Shown here one piece after another: positions 25,701 through 39,100 of a DNA stretch of 64,000 nucleotides. A model generated the notes under the pieces. That model did no database searches, had not been told where the DNA came from, and saw only the letters and a list, made by a program, of their open reading frames with translations. Positions within the stretch are counted from its first letter, which is position 1. The number at the start of each line of letters is the position of its first letter. Source of the DNA: Azolla caroliniana (taxonomy: Eukaryota; Plantae; Polypodiophyta). Both the position numbers and the translations under genes were made by a program. Location of the stretch: the NCBI GenBank assembly GCA_043228905.1, contig JBHGNT010000003.1, positions 8,246,001 to 8,310,000 on the forward strand, read 5' to 3'.

Positions 25701-28504
25701 TATTTCTCATATATACATACATACATACTATGTATATGTATGTATGTATGTATGTATATAATATGTATGTATATGTATATGTATATGTATATGAGAATGG
25801 TTCTTCACCGGTCTCTTTGTCACAATCCAAAATCTTATGGAGTTGCTAAAGGAAGGGATTGAATTGTGAATGGTTGTGCAATGATTTGGAAGTTCAAAAT
25901 TGGTATCAATATCATATGTGTTATGTAGCTATTTGCACAAGAAGTTGACTACTAGAAACTAATTTGTTAATTTTCATATAACATCTCAATCTTTGCTATC
26001 TAGGTTTTCTTTGTCATGTTCCTTTTTAGAGAAAGGCTTGAATAAATGGATGAATGTCATCCAAATAGTTATAATGTCATCTAACTTGATAACATTCTTA
26101 TACATTTGAGACCCTCTAAACTTGGTCACACTTCCATGTTGTGTTTCAATAAGGTTTTTCCACTTGTAAGCTCACTTGACCCAAAGATCTATGGACCGCC
26201 AACATCATCCATAACCACTACGCATCTCGAACCATATCTAGAGAATCACACAGTGGAGGAGGTATCTTACTATGATCTTTAAAGGTTGTGCCTTTTTAGA
26301 ATGTATGGACTTTCTACTAAAATTGTAACAACATATTTCAGGCATTGGAGAAGCATCTTCTTTACGTTGTTGATTATTACGACATGTACGTCCCATATTT
26401 GCGATTGATCAACGAGCCGGGAAAGAGAGCAACATATGCCCCTAGGGTCATTCTCTACTTGTCCACCTCTGGCACACTTCTACCCATTGCGATTGAGCTC
26501 GCACTTCCCTCTCTGATCCGTGATGGTGAAATCGACAAGCGTGTTTTCACACCTAACCGTTCTATAGAGTTTGATTGGCCTTGGCATTTTGCCAAAGCGC
26601 ATTTCTTGGCGGTTGACACAACTTATCAACTAAGTGTGAGCCATTGGTACAACACGATTTACTTGAATAGTCAATACTAATTGTCGATTGGTTTGATTTT
26701 GGAGAGTCTTATAGTTTGTAGCCTACCCATTGCTCACATTTCCTTAATTGTCCATGAATTAGGTTTGAACATTAATTGGGCAGATGGATCATTTCTTATG
26801 TATATATTTGTGTAGGTTGAGAACACATGCCTCACTTGAGCCGATTATAATGGCGGCACGGAGACATTTGAGCACGTTACATCCTTTACATGCTCTTCTT
26901 GATCCTCACTTCAAAGATACAATCAACCTCAACTCAGAGGGAAGGATTGCACTAATAAATGCTGATGGAAGAATAGAGAAGAATTTCGCGGCGGGGAGGT
27001 ATGCAATGGAGATGGTGTGCAAGGAGTACAAGAATTGGAGGTTCGACGAACAAGCATTACCCAAAGATCTGTTGAGTAGGTATGGGGAGCTTAAAGCCTA
27101 AGAATTGCATCCATCTTACAAGTGGATACAATATGGTGTCCATTGTTGATAGGACTACATAAGATCCGTCTAACTAAGCATTCCATTCACACAAGAGGTC
27201 CAATCCCTTGGTATAAGCTTTTCACACTAGGCCACCTAGATTTTGGGATCACTATATTCTATGCGTTTATGTGAGTATAGGACACTAAGTTTAGTTTCCT
27301 TGTAAAGGAAGAGTTTGATTCATAGACTAATGATACAATTTCTAGTTATATTTGTCCTTTCACATTAGATAGCCATAGTTTGGGGTCCTATATATGTGAC
27401 TCCCTCTAAGGGGCATTCATAGTAGGTCGGGCATTGTTCGAATGATCTCAAATCTTCCTCAATCTAAAGGGCACTCACATGAACTTGGGAATTTAAACTT
27501 GATTTACTAGCTTTTAGCATTAGGTAGACATACTTTTGGGTCATAAATGGCATGGAGTTGGGGTTCAATGTCTTAGTATGGCCCTTTCGCACCTTAGTGT
27601 TCGAACAAAGGTTTGGGTTTGTCTTATGTTATGTAATGACCTTCAAGTAAGTCGTATTCACATGGCAAAGTCTCAATCTCTTAGTAAGAGCATTTCACAC
27701 ATGTCTTGGGGCACACCATTGACTTGTTGTTTGTGTTATTGTAGGGGTGTGGCTGTGGAGGATCCAAGTGCAAAGCATGGGGTAAGGCTAACTATTGAAG
27801 ATTACCCATACGCAGCTGATGGGTTAGATCTATGGGGAGCAATCAAGCAATGGGCTCACGAGTATGTACATATATATTACAAGACCGATGAAGAAGTGCA
27901 AGAAGATGAAGAAGTACAATCTTGGTGGAAAGAGGTGAAAGAAGTGGGTCATGGAGATCATAAAGATAAAGAATGGTGGCCAAAGATGGAGAGTGTAAAG
28001 GAGGTGGAGGAAGTAGTAGCTACACTCATGTGGGTCACTTCAGGTTTTCATGCATCTGTGAACTTTAGCAACTACCCATATAGTGGATATGTGCCCAACA
28101 GTCTAGGAATGACAAGGCAATTCATTCCCAATGAAGGAACCTTAGAATGGGAGAAGATGATGAATGACCCACATAAGTTTTACATGGACATGATCCCATC
28201 CCAAGGTGTGGCTACCATTACAATGGCCACTTTCGAGGCTCTTGGACACCACGTGGAGGAAGAAGAGTATTTGGGAGATCGTCCTGAGACTAAATGGACC
28301 TCAGAAAAACGTGCCCTTATGGCCCTAGACTCATTTAGACGTGCCATCGTTGATGCAGAGGCTTCCATCAATGCACGCAATGCCACTTCAACAAGACTTA
28401 GCAATCGTGCCGGTCCAGTGAAATTGCCATATACCCTCCTCGCTCCCTCCTCTGGTGGAGTTGGCATTACATTTCGAGGTGTACCCAATAGCATCTCCAT
28501 GTAA
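22777..28504 (+). CDS. LOX: Lipoxygenase (PLAT + catalytic domain), 830 aa, 9 exons: 22777-22927, 23538-23827, 24454-24694, 25205-25492, 25591-25676, 26154-26261, 26342-26646, 26816-27079, 27745-28504
   Basis: All introns are GT-AG and the exons sum to 2493 nt in frame. Exon sizes 241/86/108/264 are typical of plant LOX genes. Motifs [68 protein letters not shown] in ACCATGG context. Confidence 0.96.
22948..23490. repeat. LOX intron 1: three ~60-bp units plus long (CATCTT/CATCTC/CATCTG)n hexamer tract
   Basis: CTGGTTGAGTT(A/T)GTACTGCTAAGCTTATTAATATGC repeated three times, then ~370 bp of CATCTY-type hexamers. Confidence 0.9.
24014..24263. repeat. ~120-bp tandem duplication in LOX intron 2
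   Basis: ATTCATGTGTTTGTTTTATGTG...GGTTGAGTTAATCGTATGCATCACCGATTCATTGTG...GAGTCAC occurs twice. Confidence 0.85.
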
Positions 28505-30064
28505 ACTAATAACCCAAGTGTCTCTCTCCCAATAAACTTGTACCGATGTTTTTTATAACTATTGTTTTTTCCTAGGGTGTGGGACAATGTTAGCTGGTGC
28601 TACATTTTCCACGTATCAAATTTTACCAATTATTTTTTAAATTAATGTGTTGATCAATGTATTTATCGTCCACATCATAATGTTTAAAGTTGGACAAAGA
28701 TACAAAACAATCCTCGTATTAATAGTAGTATCAAAGCTACGCTGCATTGAGGTAACAATCTCAACAATACCCAATGAAAAAAAGTAATGTAACTTATGTC
28801 ACTCAATGAAGAAAATCTCAAAATGACTAATAAAATTGTCTTTCTCTCTCGCTTTACATTCGATTCATTTGTTTATATAAGCTAAAATCATAACATTGTG
28901 ACGGTTCTCTCTATAAAACCATAGTTCACGTGTCCTGGTAATTGTTTTGTAGATTATTCATAATTGATTAGTAGTCCAAATTAAATTGTTTGGTGGTCAT
29001 TCATGATTAATCATACTAGTGTTATCACTTAGTTGATGTTATATCGAAGCACCAATGAAGTGTTATAACTTATAATATGCATGTGTGTAACATAGCTACT
29101 TGACAAAATATGTGGATGAACACTTCATAATGTGCATGTGGTCAATGTGCCTAGTTAAAAAAAACTATGAAAACAAGGATATAGAGATTGTTTCTAACCC
29201 TTGCGATATGGATAGTGGATTGTGAAGCCATTGATTTGATCAGTACCTTGTTATAGTGCTACCAGTTGCACACAACAAAATTTCTCTCTCTAGGTTTGTT
29301 CAAATTCCATACGTTGATGTAAATGCCCGCGTCTATTATTCTCTCTTTTTCCTAAACTTTATATAAATTTATCTAAATTCAAGCTCATCATTCGATGACG
29401 GTATGACAAAATTAGGCGTGTGAAGATATCAAGCTCAACCACATACCTCATCGGAGGAGAACATTTGATAAAGTTCAAAAGACATATTCATAACTGTAAA
29501 AACAATCTTATATCCCATTCTCTCATTATTACAAACTAGTTTGGGATTTTATGTGAAGTACATTTAATCCCTCCTCTCAGCTTATTTCTATTGGTTATAA
29601 GATTCATAAATGCTTTCAACTCTTAAATCTAGGGCTTGGACAACCTTGAACTCATTTCGGGAATCCTAGATGATTAGGGTTGTCCATTTTATTATATCTA
29701 CATATAATAAAAAACCGAAATGTAAAAGTAGAGAATTTTAAAAAAGAAAAGAAAAGTATGAAGAAGAAGAAGAGAGAGAAGATGCTTCTTTTTGGAGGGA
29801 AATTTGAAAACTTTGTCTTGCCTCCCTCCGTGGGGTGAACTTCTCTGTATATGTAAAAAATTAGGGTTTCCATTTCTCCCCAACTCGTGCAAGAGTTTGT
29901 TTGACAAATACAATTGCAAGACAATTCAAAAGTATGCAACGTCTTTAGTTTTTTTCTTGGGGTTTAGGGTTATGCGATCCCAACATATGGAGGAAGAGAT
30001 GATCCAATCTCTCTTGGGGGGCTATCCCAATGACTATGGCGATTATAGCACTCTCCCTTAGCAA

Positions 30065-30618
30065 TAGCAATGGGCCCGGTTTCGACTCAAACCGAACCGA
30101 ATTGTTAAATCATGGCTTAACGGTTTATCGGTTGAAAGATAAATAAACCGTTTGGTTTGGTTTCAAATATTATGATCCGGTTTGGTTTCGGTTTGGTTTG
30201 GTTTTGAAATTCATGGTTTTTCGGTTTCGGTTTAAAGGTTTATAGGTTAAAAAATATTCTTAAATTTTCACCTCTAGGCTTTAACTTTCAACTTTTAATT
30301 TTAAACCTCTAGGCTCTAACTTATTAAATTTTATATGCAATATAAGTAAAGTCTCCTTTTGATGTATGATTATCAAATTTATGATAAGTATGATGACCAA
30401 ATTTATGGTATGTATGATGACCAAATTTATGATAAGTATGATGACCAAATTTATAATAAGTGTGATAACCAAATTTATGATGATTTTCTCAAATAAATTC
30501 ATAATATGTATGATAATCAATATCTATAAAAAATGGTTTGGTTTGGTTCTAAATTTTTCGTAAACGGTTTGATTTGGTTTCAAGGCCAAGAAACTGAACC
30601 GAACCGGGCCCATTGCTA
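30065..30618. mobile_element. Non-autonomous hAT-type DNA transposon (MITE), copy 2
   Basis: TIRs TAGCAATGGGCCCGGTT / AACCGGGCCCATTGCTA. 8-bp TSD CTTAGCAA/CTTGGCAA. Homologous to 19034-19631, with an expanded internal 24-bp repeat (ATGATAAGTATGATGACCAAATTT). Confidence 0.92.
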
Positions 30619-33192
30619 CTTGGCAACTCTAACCGTAAACAGAGCTTACCTCTCCCAAATGCTAGGTCCTAAACCAAATCCTAAATGTGGGCCCTTCATC
30701 AAGAACTATCTTTTGCAACGTCCGTGCTCTGTTCAACTTTTAGCTTTTTCATGGGCGACCCGCTGAACCTTGGTTCCTATGGCTTCGTAGGACTGTTATT
30801 TGGTCTATTTGGGGATCGGTTTTTTGTTGCCCATGACCCATTACCAAAATCAGGAATTACCAAGTTAGTAGGACTCCTTCCATTCTGATTTGGATACGAA
30901 CATGAACTCCATGCAAGCTTCATTTTTTTGGAGCCGCATAACAATTGAGCATTCTTATATCAAACCATACCCACACTTTGATTGCTACTATAACTTTCAA
31001 CTTTCAGAGAGTCCACTCTTGGTGGCATACAATGAGTTCTGTAAAGTTTGATAGCCTCATTTCCTACTTCAATTGGCATAGTCATTTCAAAGATTAAGTA
31101 CCCCTATAAAAAAAGAACAATCTTATTCCCTTATTGATCTAATATGACACCATCATGAAGCATATAACCAAGCATCTCACCAAAGTGATATACTTATCTT
31201 CTATCTTCCCATGTAAGAAAGAGCACACTTCCCCGCACCGTTTCCTTATGTATTCAATGTTAGCTAGGAAATTCTCATGCGGGAAAGACCACAATTCCAT
31301 CACGTTTCCCTATTGCACTCAATGGCATGAGTTTCTCAATATGAAGCTCAACATTCCTAGCTAAGCGATCCCCATGTGAGAAAGATCCCATTTTACCGCA
31401 TCGAGCTCTCATGCTTCTTTTCTCAAGAAGCACATAACAACATTCCCTAGCCCGCCCACAGTTAGGTCCTAACCCTCATAATGTTAGGTCCTAATCCTCA
31501 TTCATTAAGGACATCAAAGAAAATGTGGGCACCTCTATTGAATACGGGTTTCTAATGGACGTATTCACATTGTCTCCTTTTGAGCACGCTAGACTTAGTC
31601 TATTTATGTAAATAGTGAGAAGGGCAGTTGTTAGTTAGTAAATAAACTAACTTTGTAACCTAGTTACAGGTTGGTTGTTCATTTAAACGGGTTGGTTGTT
31701 CATTTAATAAAGTCGTAATAATATGGACTAGGCCAATTCGCTGCTTCGCTTGACTAGGCGGAAATCAAATACGTTATCTGACGCTATTCTCCTACTTGCC
31801 GTAGTCACCTGAAGCAAACACGACTCCAAGGGGCAACCCCAAGCTGTGTTTCATTCGTCTGAACGACATTCAGGAGGACTAGTCGGATTCGTCCCTCTCA
31901 TCGTTGCAGTCAACCGAAATAGGATCGGCCTAGAGTACTACACATAATCCATGTTGGAAAATCTCGGAAAATCATATTCATAATTGACACGACTTGTGTT
32001 CAACTTCGGCTAGAACGACATCGAGTGAGCCAGGCTGCTGCACTCCACCACAATTCGTAGCTAACTCCGGACAAAGTCTATTATACCAACACAGATGGCT
32101 TCAACATCCGGCTCGTCAGAGATGAGTCTACGGAAGTTCGACAGATCGAACTTCAACTTTTGGAAGGAGCAGATGCAGGACTATCTAATAGTCAAAGGGG
32201 CAAATTTACCCCATTGAGAATGAAGACCCTCCAGAAGGATACAAGTTTCTTGAACGGGAAAAGCTCGACAGAATCGTTTGAGCCACCATTCGGATGCACC
32301 TATCAGAGTCTGTGTACTTCATGGTGCAATCGTGTTCAACTACCTTCCAACTATGGAAGACACTTTCAGACACTTATGAAAAGAATGTTGCCGCTACCAA
32401 GATATACCTGATTCGGCGCCTTTATAACCTTCGGATGAAAGAGTCCGACTCGGTCTAGGCACACTTGAACGAGTACGAAAGCTTAAGCTCCAAAATTTCG
32501 GCCCAGGGGACAATTATCAAGGATGAACTAAAAGCAATGTTGCTCATGAGTAGTCTCTCTCCCTCATGGGAAACTTTTGTTACAACCATGTGCGGCTACG
32601 ATCACAGAACCAACAATGATCTAGAACAATTGAGTGCCGACTTTGTCACGTTTCTCTTCGCGAAGAATAGTCTTGTTGTAGGTTGCTTGTTGAGATCAGC
32701 TAAGATCTGCAGGATACACAAACGAGAGTTGTCGATGGAGACTAGGTAGAAGGCAATAGTGTAATCAAACTAACCTTTGCTCTGATACCAAATGTTAGGA
32801 ATACCGTCTTCTAATGCGGAACAAGATCAACACTCTTCTAGGGTAAGATCGTAAATGGATGCAAGATCATAACTTTGATTGCAGCAAAGACAGAAAATAA
32901 AACAACTAGTACGCAAGAGAGAGAGAGTCAGAGACAGGTAGGCACATTGTCAACGAAGTTTATTACAACTTTATTAAATGAACAACCAACCCATAACTAG
33001 GTTACAAAGTTAGTTTATATACTAACTAACTTAGGGCAACTGCCCTTCTCACTATTTACATAAATAGACTAAGTCTAGTGTGTTCAAAAGGAGACAGTGT
33101 GAATACGTCCATTAGAAACCCGTATTCAATAGAGGTGCCCACATTTTCTTTGATGTCCATAATGAACGAGGATTAGGACTTAACATTATGAG

Positions 33193-36100
33193 TGTTACGG
33201 GCATGACCATATAATATCCCGTGGTGAGAATTGTCGTAGTATTCTATACACGTGGATAAGTGTGAGGGTTAAACAAAGAGTCTAAAGAAGGGGAGGATTA
33301 CTTTTAATCCTCGGGATTGAGACAACCCATGAGGCCAAGTGTGAACATGGCTGGGGGCCTTGAGAATTACTATAAATAAGAGGCCTAGCCACCCTCATTT
33401 GATCATGCATTGACTACGTCGAGACTCTGTCCGTGAGTGGAACGACTCTTGTAGCAAGCGCGCTATCGTCCAGGTACGACTCGACGCCAAGGCGGTGGTA
33501 TGGGACGCCGATCGAGGCTCGAGTCCGTCTCGATCCCTTCGCTCGGGGGTGGTCGGGTGGATCGGCACCCTTCTTTCTCTCTTTTCTCTCTATTCTTTCT
33601 AGATCTATCATTGATATATCCTTATTTTATGCTTACTTTAGTACCTAATCTCTAATATTTGGTATCAGAGCCTATGTACTAACGTTTCTTTTGGTTTTCT
33701 TTTTGTCTTCGCGTGGGATGGCGATTGATCGTTGTGCGGTCGCCTTCATGCAGACAAGGATTAGCGAAAGAACTTCGGTAAATTTTCCTTAATTTTTTAT
33801 CTAATTTTTCTTCTCCCTTCTATACATGTGTATACTTAATATGTAGTTTTTTTTTCATATATTCAATGATGTTGACGTGGTATTTAATTGGTTATCTTAA
33901 ATGTTTACATATGTCCACGAGGTCAATACCTCGTTTGACATATAAATCATATGTGATGAGTGTCGTATGCGTACGAGGTTACTACCTCAATTGCGTATTA
34001 CGTTCACGAACATATGTTACGTTCGCGTACGAGGTCAATACCTCGATTCGTTCGAAATGATATGCGTTGGATTTACTATGCGTAAGAGGTCAATACCTCA
34101 ATTGCGAATTACGCTTAACCTTATTTTCGGATGTTTCGTGTGCGTAGAGGTATATGCCTCGATTACGTATCCCGAATACATCATTGTTGGCTATATAAAA
34201 AAAAGGATTCATTTAGTATACGCATATGTGGTCACTTATATACGTCTCTGATCGTATATATGTGATATATTGACATATGTGTATATTTTAGATTACGTGA
34301 TTCATATCAAATGTTTTCCTAATTGGGGAGAGGATTTTGGTGGCCGTCCTCACATTTTTGTGAGAATGGCGTTGTCACCATCCCTTTTATCAACAATTTT
34401 TATTGTTGAAATTCCCGTTGGTCACTTTGATCTTTCGTTACGTAACGAACCTCGTATAGCCAAAATGATGTTGAATACGTCGGGCTTGATCCACATCAAG
34501 TAGGGTCGCTCTAATGACACACGTATCCAACATCTCCCCTCGTTACATGGATACGATGCCACCATGAGCTCGTTCTTACGAGTGGCATTCGCAATGACGT
34601 GACCATGTGATGGGCCACATGAGCCTACGAAGACACAAGGGCTCATTCGGCTTGACCATTAGGTTACACTTTGGCATATGCCATCGTAATTACGAGGCTT
34701 GAGGTTAGGTAGCGTACAACCATAGTGGGTAATAAATGAGGGAGAAATAAGGCCACTTGACCTATATGTTTCTTTTAAAAAAAACATATAGGGGCAAATG
34801 CCTCGCATATCTCGAATACGCCTCAAACATTAAACATTCAAGACGCGCAATCTACTTGGTTGGCTCAAGTGTTTAATGTATTTGTCCTCGAGGTCTCGAG
34901 TTCAAATATGACCAACACCATACAACATCGTTGATACATATGACTATAATACATGTTTAGACTTTAGGTCTAAGTGCACTTCGGGGTCCTCGTAATAGGA
35001 CTTAAAGAGCCGAAACCACATATGTGGGCATAGAAACATAGTTATTGTTAACATTTTTTTCGTGTATAAACTATTCATGACGCGAACATACATGGTTGAG
35101 CCTCGGGGAGCCGCCATGAAAAAAATCGATATAGAGATCAGGGAAAGGCATTCATTTGTCACCCCCATGGTTTTTAAAACACCTCTGTGTTACCATAGTA
35201 ACCTGATCTTGAACCTCATCTCATACGTCTAGAGGGGTATTGACGTGAGATCATGATATCGATTAATGTTTGCCCATGATATGTTTACACCACGACAAGA
35301 TGTTATGACTATTTGTCTGACCTTATCTTATTTCTTTGCCAGAAATAATCATTCAATGGCTCAGAATAACGACCCGATGCCCTCCGCTCAAGCGGAAAGA
35401 CCTCAAGGAAATCCTCCTGGGACAATGTCCATTGAGGCGTATATTTTACAAGTACAACATTTCCTTAGTTCAACCGCGCAGCAGTTGACCGAATTTCGGC
35501 AATCTCAAAGTGCTCTAGAGGCACGAGTCATTAGTCTCCAAAATGAGATTAATAGACCTGATGAGCGTCAGGGTGAACCATCATTTGTCGTAAAGCCATT
35601 TACGGGAGATAAAAAGGAAAGAACCGAAGAAGCAATCTGCACGTGGCTGGGCCGATGGGAGTCTCATTTTGAGCTCTATCCCACGCCAGATAGTACGAAG
35701 ATTGCATATGTCGGCCGAGAACTAGGGGGTAAGGCCGCCGCTTGGTGGCGTGGGCTCCGAACTTTGGGGAGATTGCCCGAGACCTGGACAGACTTTGTCA
35801 CAGTTTTCAAGGGTCAATTTCTACAACCTCCCTCTCGAACCGAGGCAGCACAAGCTTTAATGAACCTCTCTAGCAGGAAGTTTTCCTCGCTAGAAGACTA
35901 TGTCCACCATGCTAGAACCCAAATCCAAAAATCGGGTCTAGAAGGGGACAATTGGTTAATAGCTTGTTTTGTCAATGGCATCCCCAATTCGGACTATCAC
36001 TGGATAGTGCACGATAAGGATCCAAAATCCTTCGAAGAGGCCGTTGAGATAGTTCTTCGCTATCAACGCACTTCGAAGAAGGACCATAACAAACCCAACG

Positions 36101-39100
36101 AAGCGCCCGGGACTAAGCAGTCGCAATTCGTTGGGAAACGCAAGACACCCAACGAATTCATGGATCGCGATTATAAGCGACAACATCCTTTTTGCGTATT
36201 CTGCAAAAAGAAGGGTCATACAAAAGAGCAATGTCGTAAGCTCCAACGAAAAGAGCACGACGCCAAACCTAAAGCTACAGACCATAAAGGTCAGATTCCT
36301 AATGTCCTTCAGGTCTATACACATCATTTGAGTAATTGTCAATGTTCTTTCCCTCATTATGTATTGGGTCCCAATGATTTACTACGTGCAAACGGGTATA
36401 TCAATGGATCTCCCGTACAATTTTTATTTGATTCGGGAAGCTCACACAATTTTGTGAATGATCGTTTGGTACAGATATGGGGAATCCAACCCACCGTAAG
36501 TGATCACACCTACACGGTGCACTTGGCTGATGGAAGAGTACAACACATCAACGGGGTGATTCATTCTTTAGGAATTTCTATTGATACCTATATAGAGGAA
36601 GTAGACTTCCATGTAATGAATCTTAGTACCACCGATGTAATACTGGGTTATCCCTGGTTTTATAATAAAAGCTCTTCTTTATTTATTGATTGGGTTCGCC
36701 ATTCCATTTCTTTTGTACTCAACGATTGTACGCATTTTATTCAATGTGTAACAAAACAATCCCTCTCGATTATTTCCTCGTGTCCATCAATATCCGAGTT
36801 GTCTTGTTCTACGTTATTTTATTGTGTACTTGATCCGGACATTCACGTTTACAATATCGATAATGTCTCGGGTCAATTAACATATTTTGAACAAAAACAA
36901 CTTGATGAAATCGTAAACGATTTTCGTGATGTTTTTCCGAGTGAACTACCCGATGGTTTACCTCCTAAACGTAATATAGACCATCGTATAGATATTGTAC
37001 CTGGCATTGCACCCATTAGTATACCTCCGTATCGCCTAAGTCGATCTGAAGAGGATGAGGTAGCTAAGCAACTTAAGGACTATTTACGAATGGGTTATAT
37101 ACGTTATAGTAAATCTCCATGGGGTGCACCAGTTCTCTTGGTTAAAAAGAAAGAGGGCACATGGCATATGTGTATTAATTACCGACGCTTGAATAAAGTG
37201 ACGATCAAGAATTCGTACCCATTGTCCCGGGCTGACGATCTAATTGACCGTCTCCAGGGAGCTCGGTATTTTACGAAACTTGATCTCCGTACTGGCTACC
37301 ATCAAATACGAATAAGTGAGGACGATGTTCCTAAAACAACATTTCGTACGCGCTACGGCCATTATGAGTTTTTGGTTATGCCTTTTGGTTTGACCAATGC
37401 TCCGGCTACATTTCAACAAGAAATGAATGACATTTTCCGAGAACAACTTGGAAAATTTGTCGTTATCTTCTTAGATGATATTTTAGTTTATAGCCGTACA
37501 TTACAAGAACATGCTAGACATGTCCGCTTTGTTTTACAAATATTGCGTGACAAACAATTTTACGCGAAGATCTCAAAATGTGAGTTCTTCAAGAAATCAA
37601 TTACTTATCTTGGACATCTCATAACCGAACGAGGAGTTGAAATTGATCCTTCTCGCATCGAGAAAATCAAGCTTTGGCCCACTCTTCGGAATATTCGAGA
37701 AGTTCGATCATTCCTTGGTTTTGTCGGATTTTTGCGAAAATCTCTTCGTAATTACTCACAATTGACGACGCCGTTTACTGATCTTCTAAAAGGTCAAACG
37801 CGTAAGTCTACAAAACCTATTGTGTGGAATGCTACACTAGACCTCGCCTTTAAGGAACTCAAGGACTTGGTATGCAAGGCTCCTTCACTTCTTTTACCCG
37901 ATCCTTCAAAACCTTTTGAGGTTGAAACCGACGCAAGCGATTATGCTATAGGTGCTGTCTTGTATCAAGATGGTAAACCAATAGCATTCGAGAGTAAGAA
38001 ACTTGATTCTGCTCAATGTCGGTATACCGTTCAAGAAAAGGAATTATTTGCGGTTATACATGCGCTCAAAACATGGCGCCATTATCTTTATGGAAATCGC
38101 TTTGTGGTAACTACGGACCACGAGTCCTTGAAATATTTTTGTGACGAACAAGACCTGAAAGGTCGTAAGGCACGATGGGCTGATCTCATCCAGGACTTTG
38201 ATTTTTCCATACGATACCGTAAAGGTTCCATGAATACTGTCGCTGATGCACTAAGTCGCATCCGTGAAGTTAACATGCTTAGCTACACTGAAATAACATC
38301 AGATCTTTATGATCACCTTCGAGGAAAGTATCCTGATGACAATTATTTTGCAAAATACTGGGCAAGAGTCGAGTCTGGAACAGACACCACCACACCCTCG
38401 AAGGAATACTTCCACATTGCTAACGGTCTGCTCTACCGTAATGGGAAGGTTTGTGTTCCAGATTTACCTGAGGTCAAAAAGAGAATTCTTTTTGAATGCC
38501 ATGATGCACCCTCAGCAGGGCACCCTGGAATACATCGTACACTCGTTCTCATCTCCACTCAATTTTATTGGCCTAAGATGCGTCCTGACATACATAGCTA
38601 TGTGACTAAATGTCACCAATGTCAGGTTAACAAAGCCGAGCGACTTAAAGCCGCAGGACTTTTACATCCCTTGGACATTCCCAATAATAAGTGGGAAAGT
38701 ATATCCATGGATTTTATTGTTAGCCTTCCTCGCACCCAAAAAGGTCATGATGCCATATGGGTTGTGGTTAACAGACTAACTAAAATGGCCAGATTTATTG
38801 CTACTAAAACCACGGTAACAGCTCCTGAATTGGCTTACCAATTCGTTGATGAGTTATTTCGTTTTTACGGGTTACCGATGGATATCGTGAGTGACCGAGA
38901 TCCAAAGTTTACTAGTGACTTCTGGACGCAAGTCTTTAAGAAGTTAGAAACTACGTTGAGCATGAGCTCCACGGATCATCCTCAATCCGATGGATAGACA
39001 GAACGAGTAAATCAAATTATTGAGGACATGCTTCGAGCATACGTTGGTGCAAAACCAACAAAATGGGAACGTTATCTCCCAATTTTGGAGTTTGCTTATA

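Noticed and set aside
33917-34160. CRISPR array (palindromic repeats with spacers)
   Set aside because: Repeats are only 14 bp and degenerate, spacers resemble each other, there are no cas genes, and the context is a eukaryotic retroelement leader. Kept as a hairpin array.
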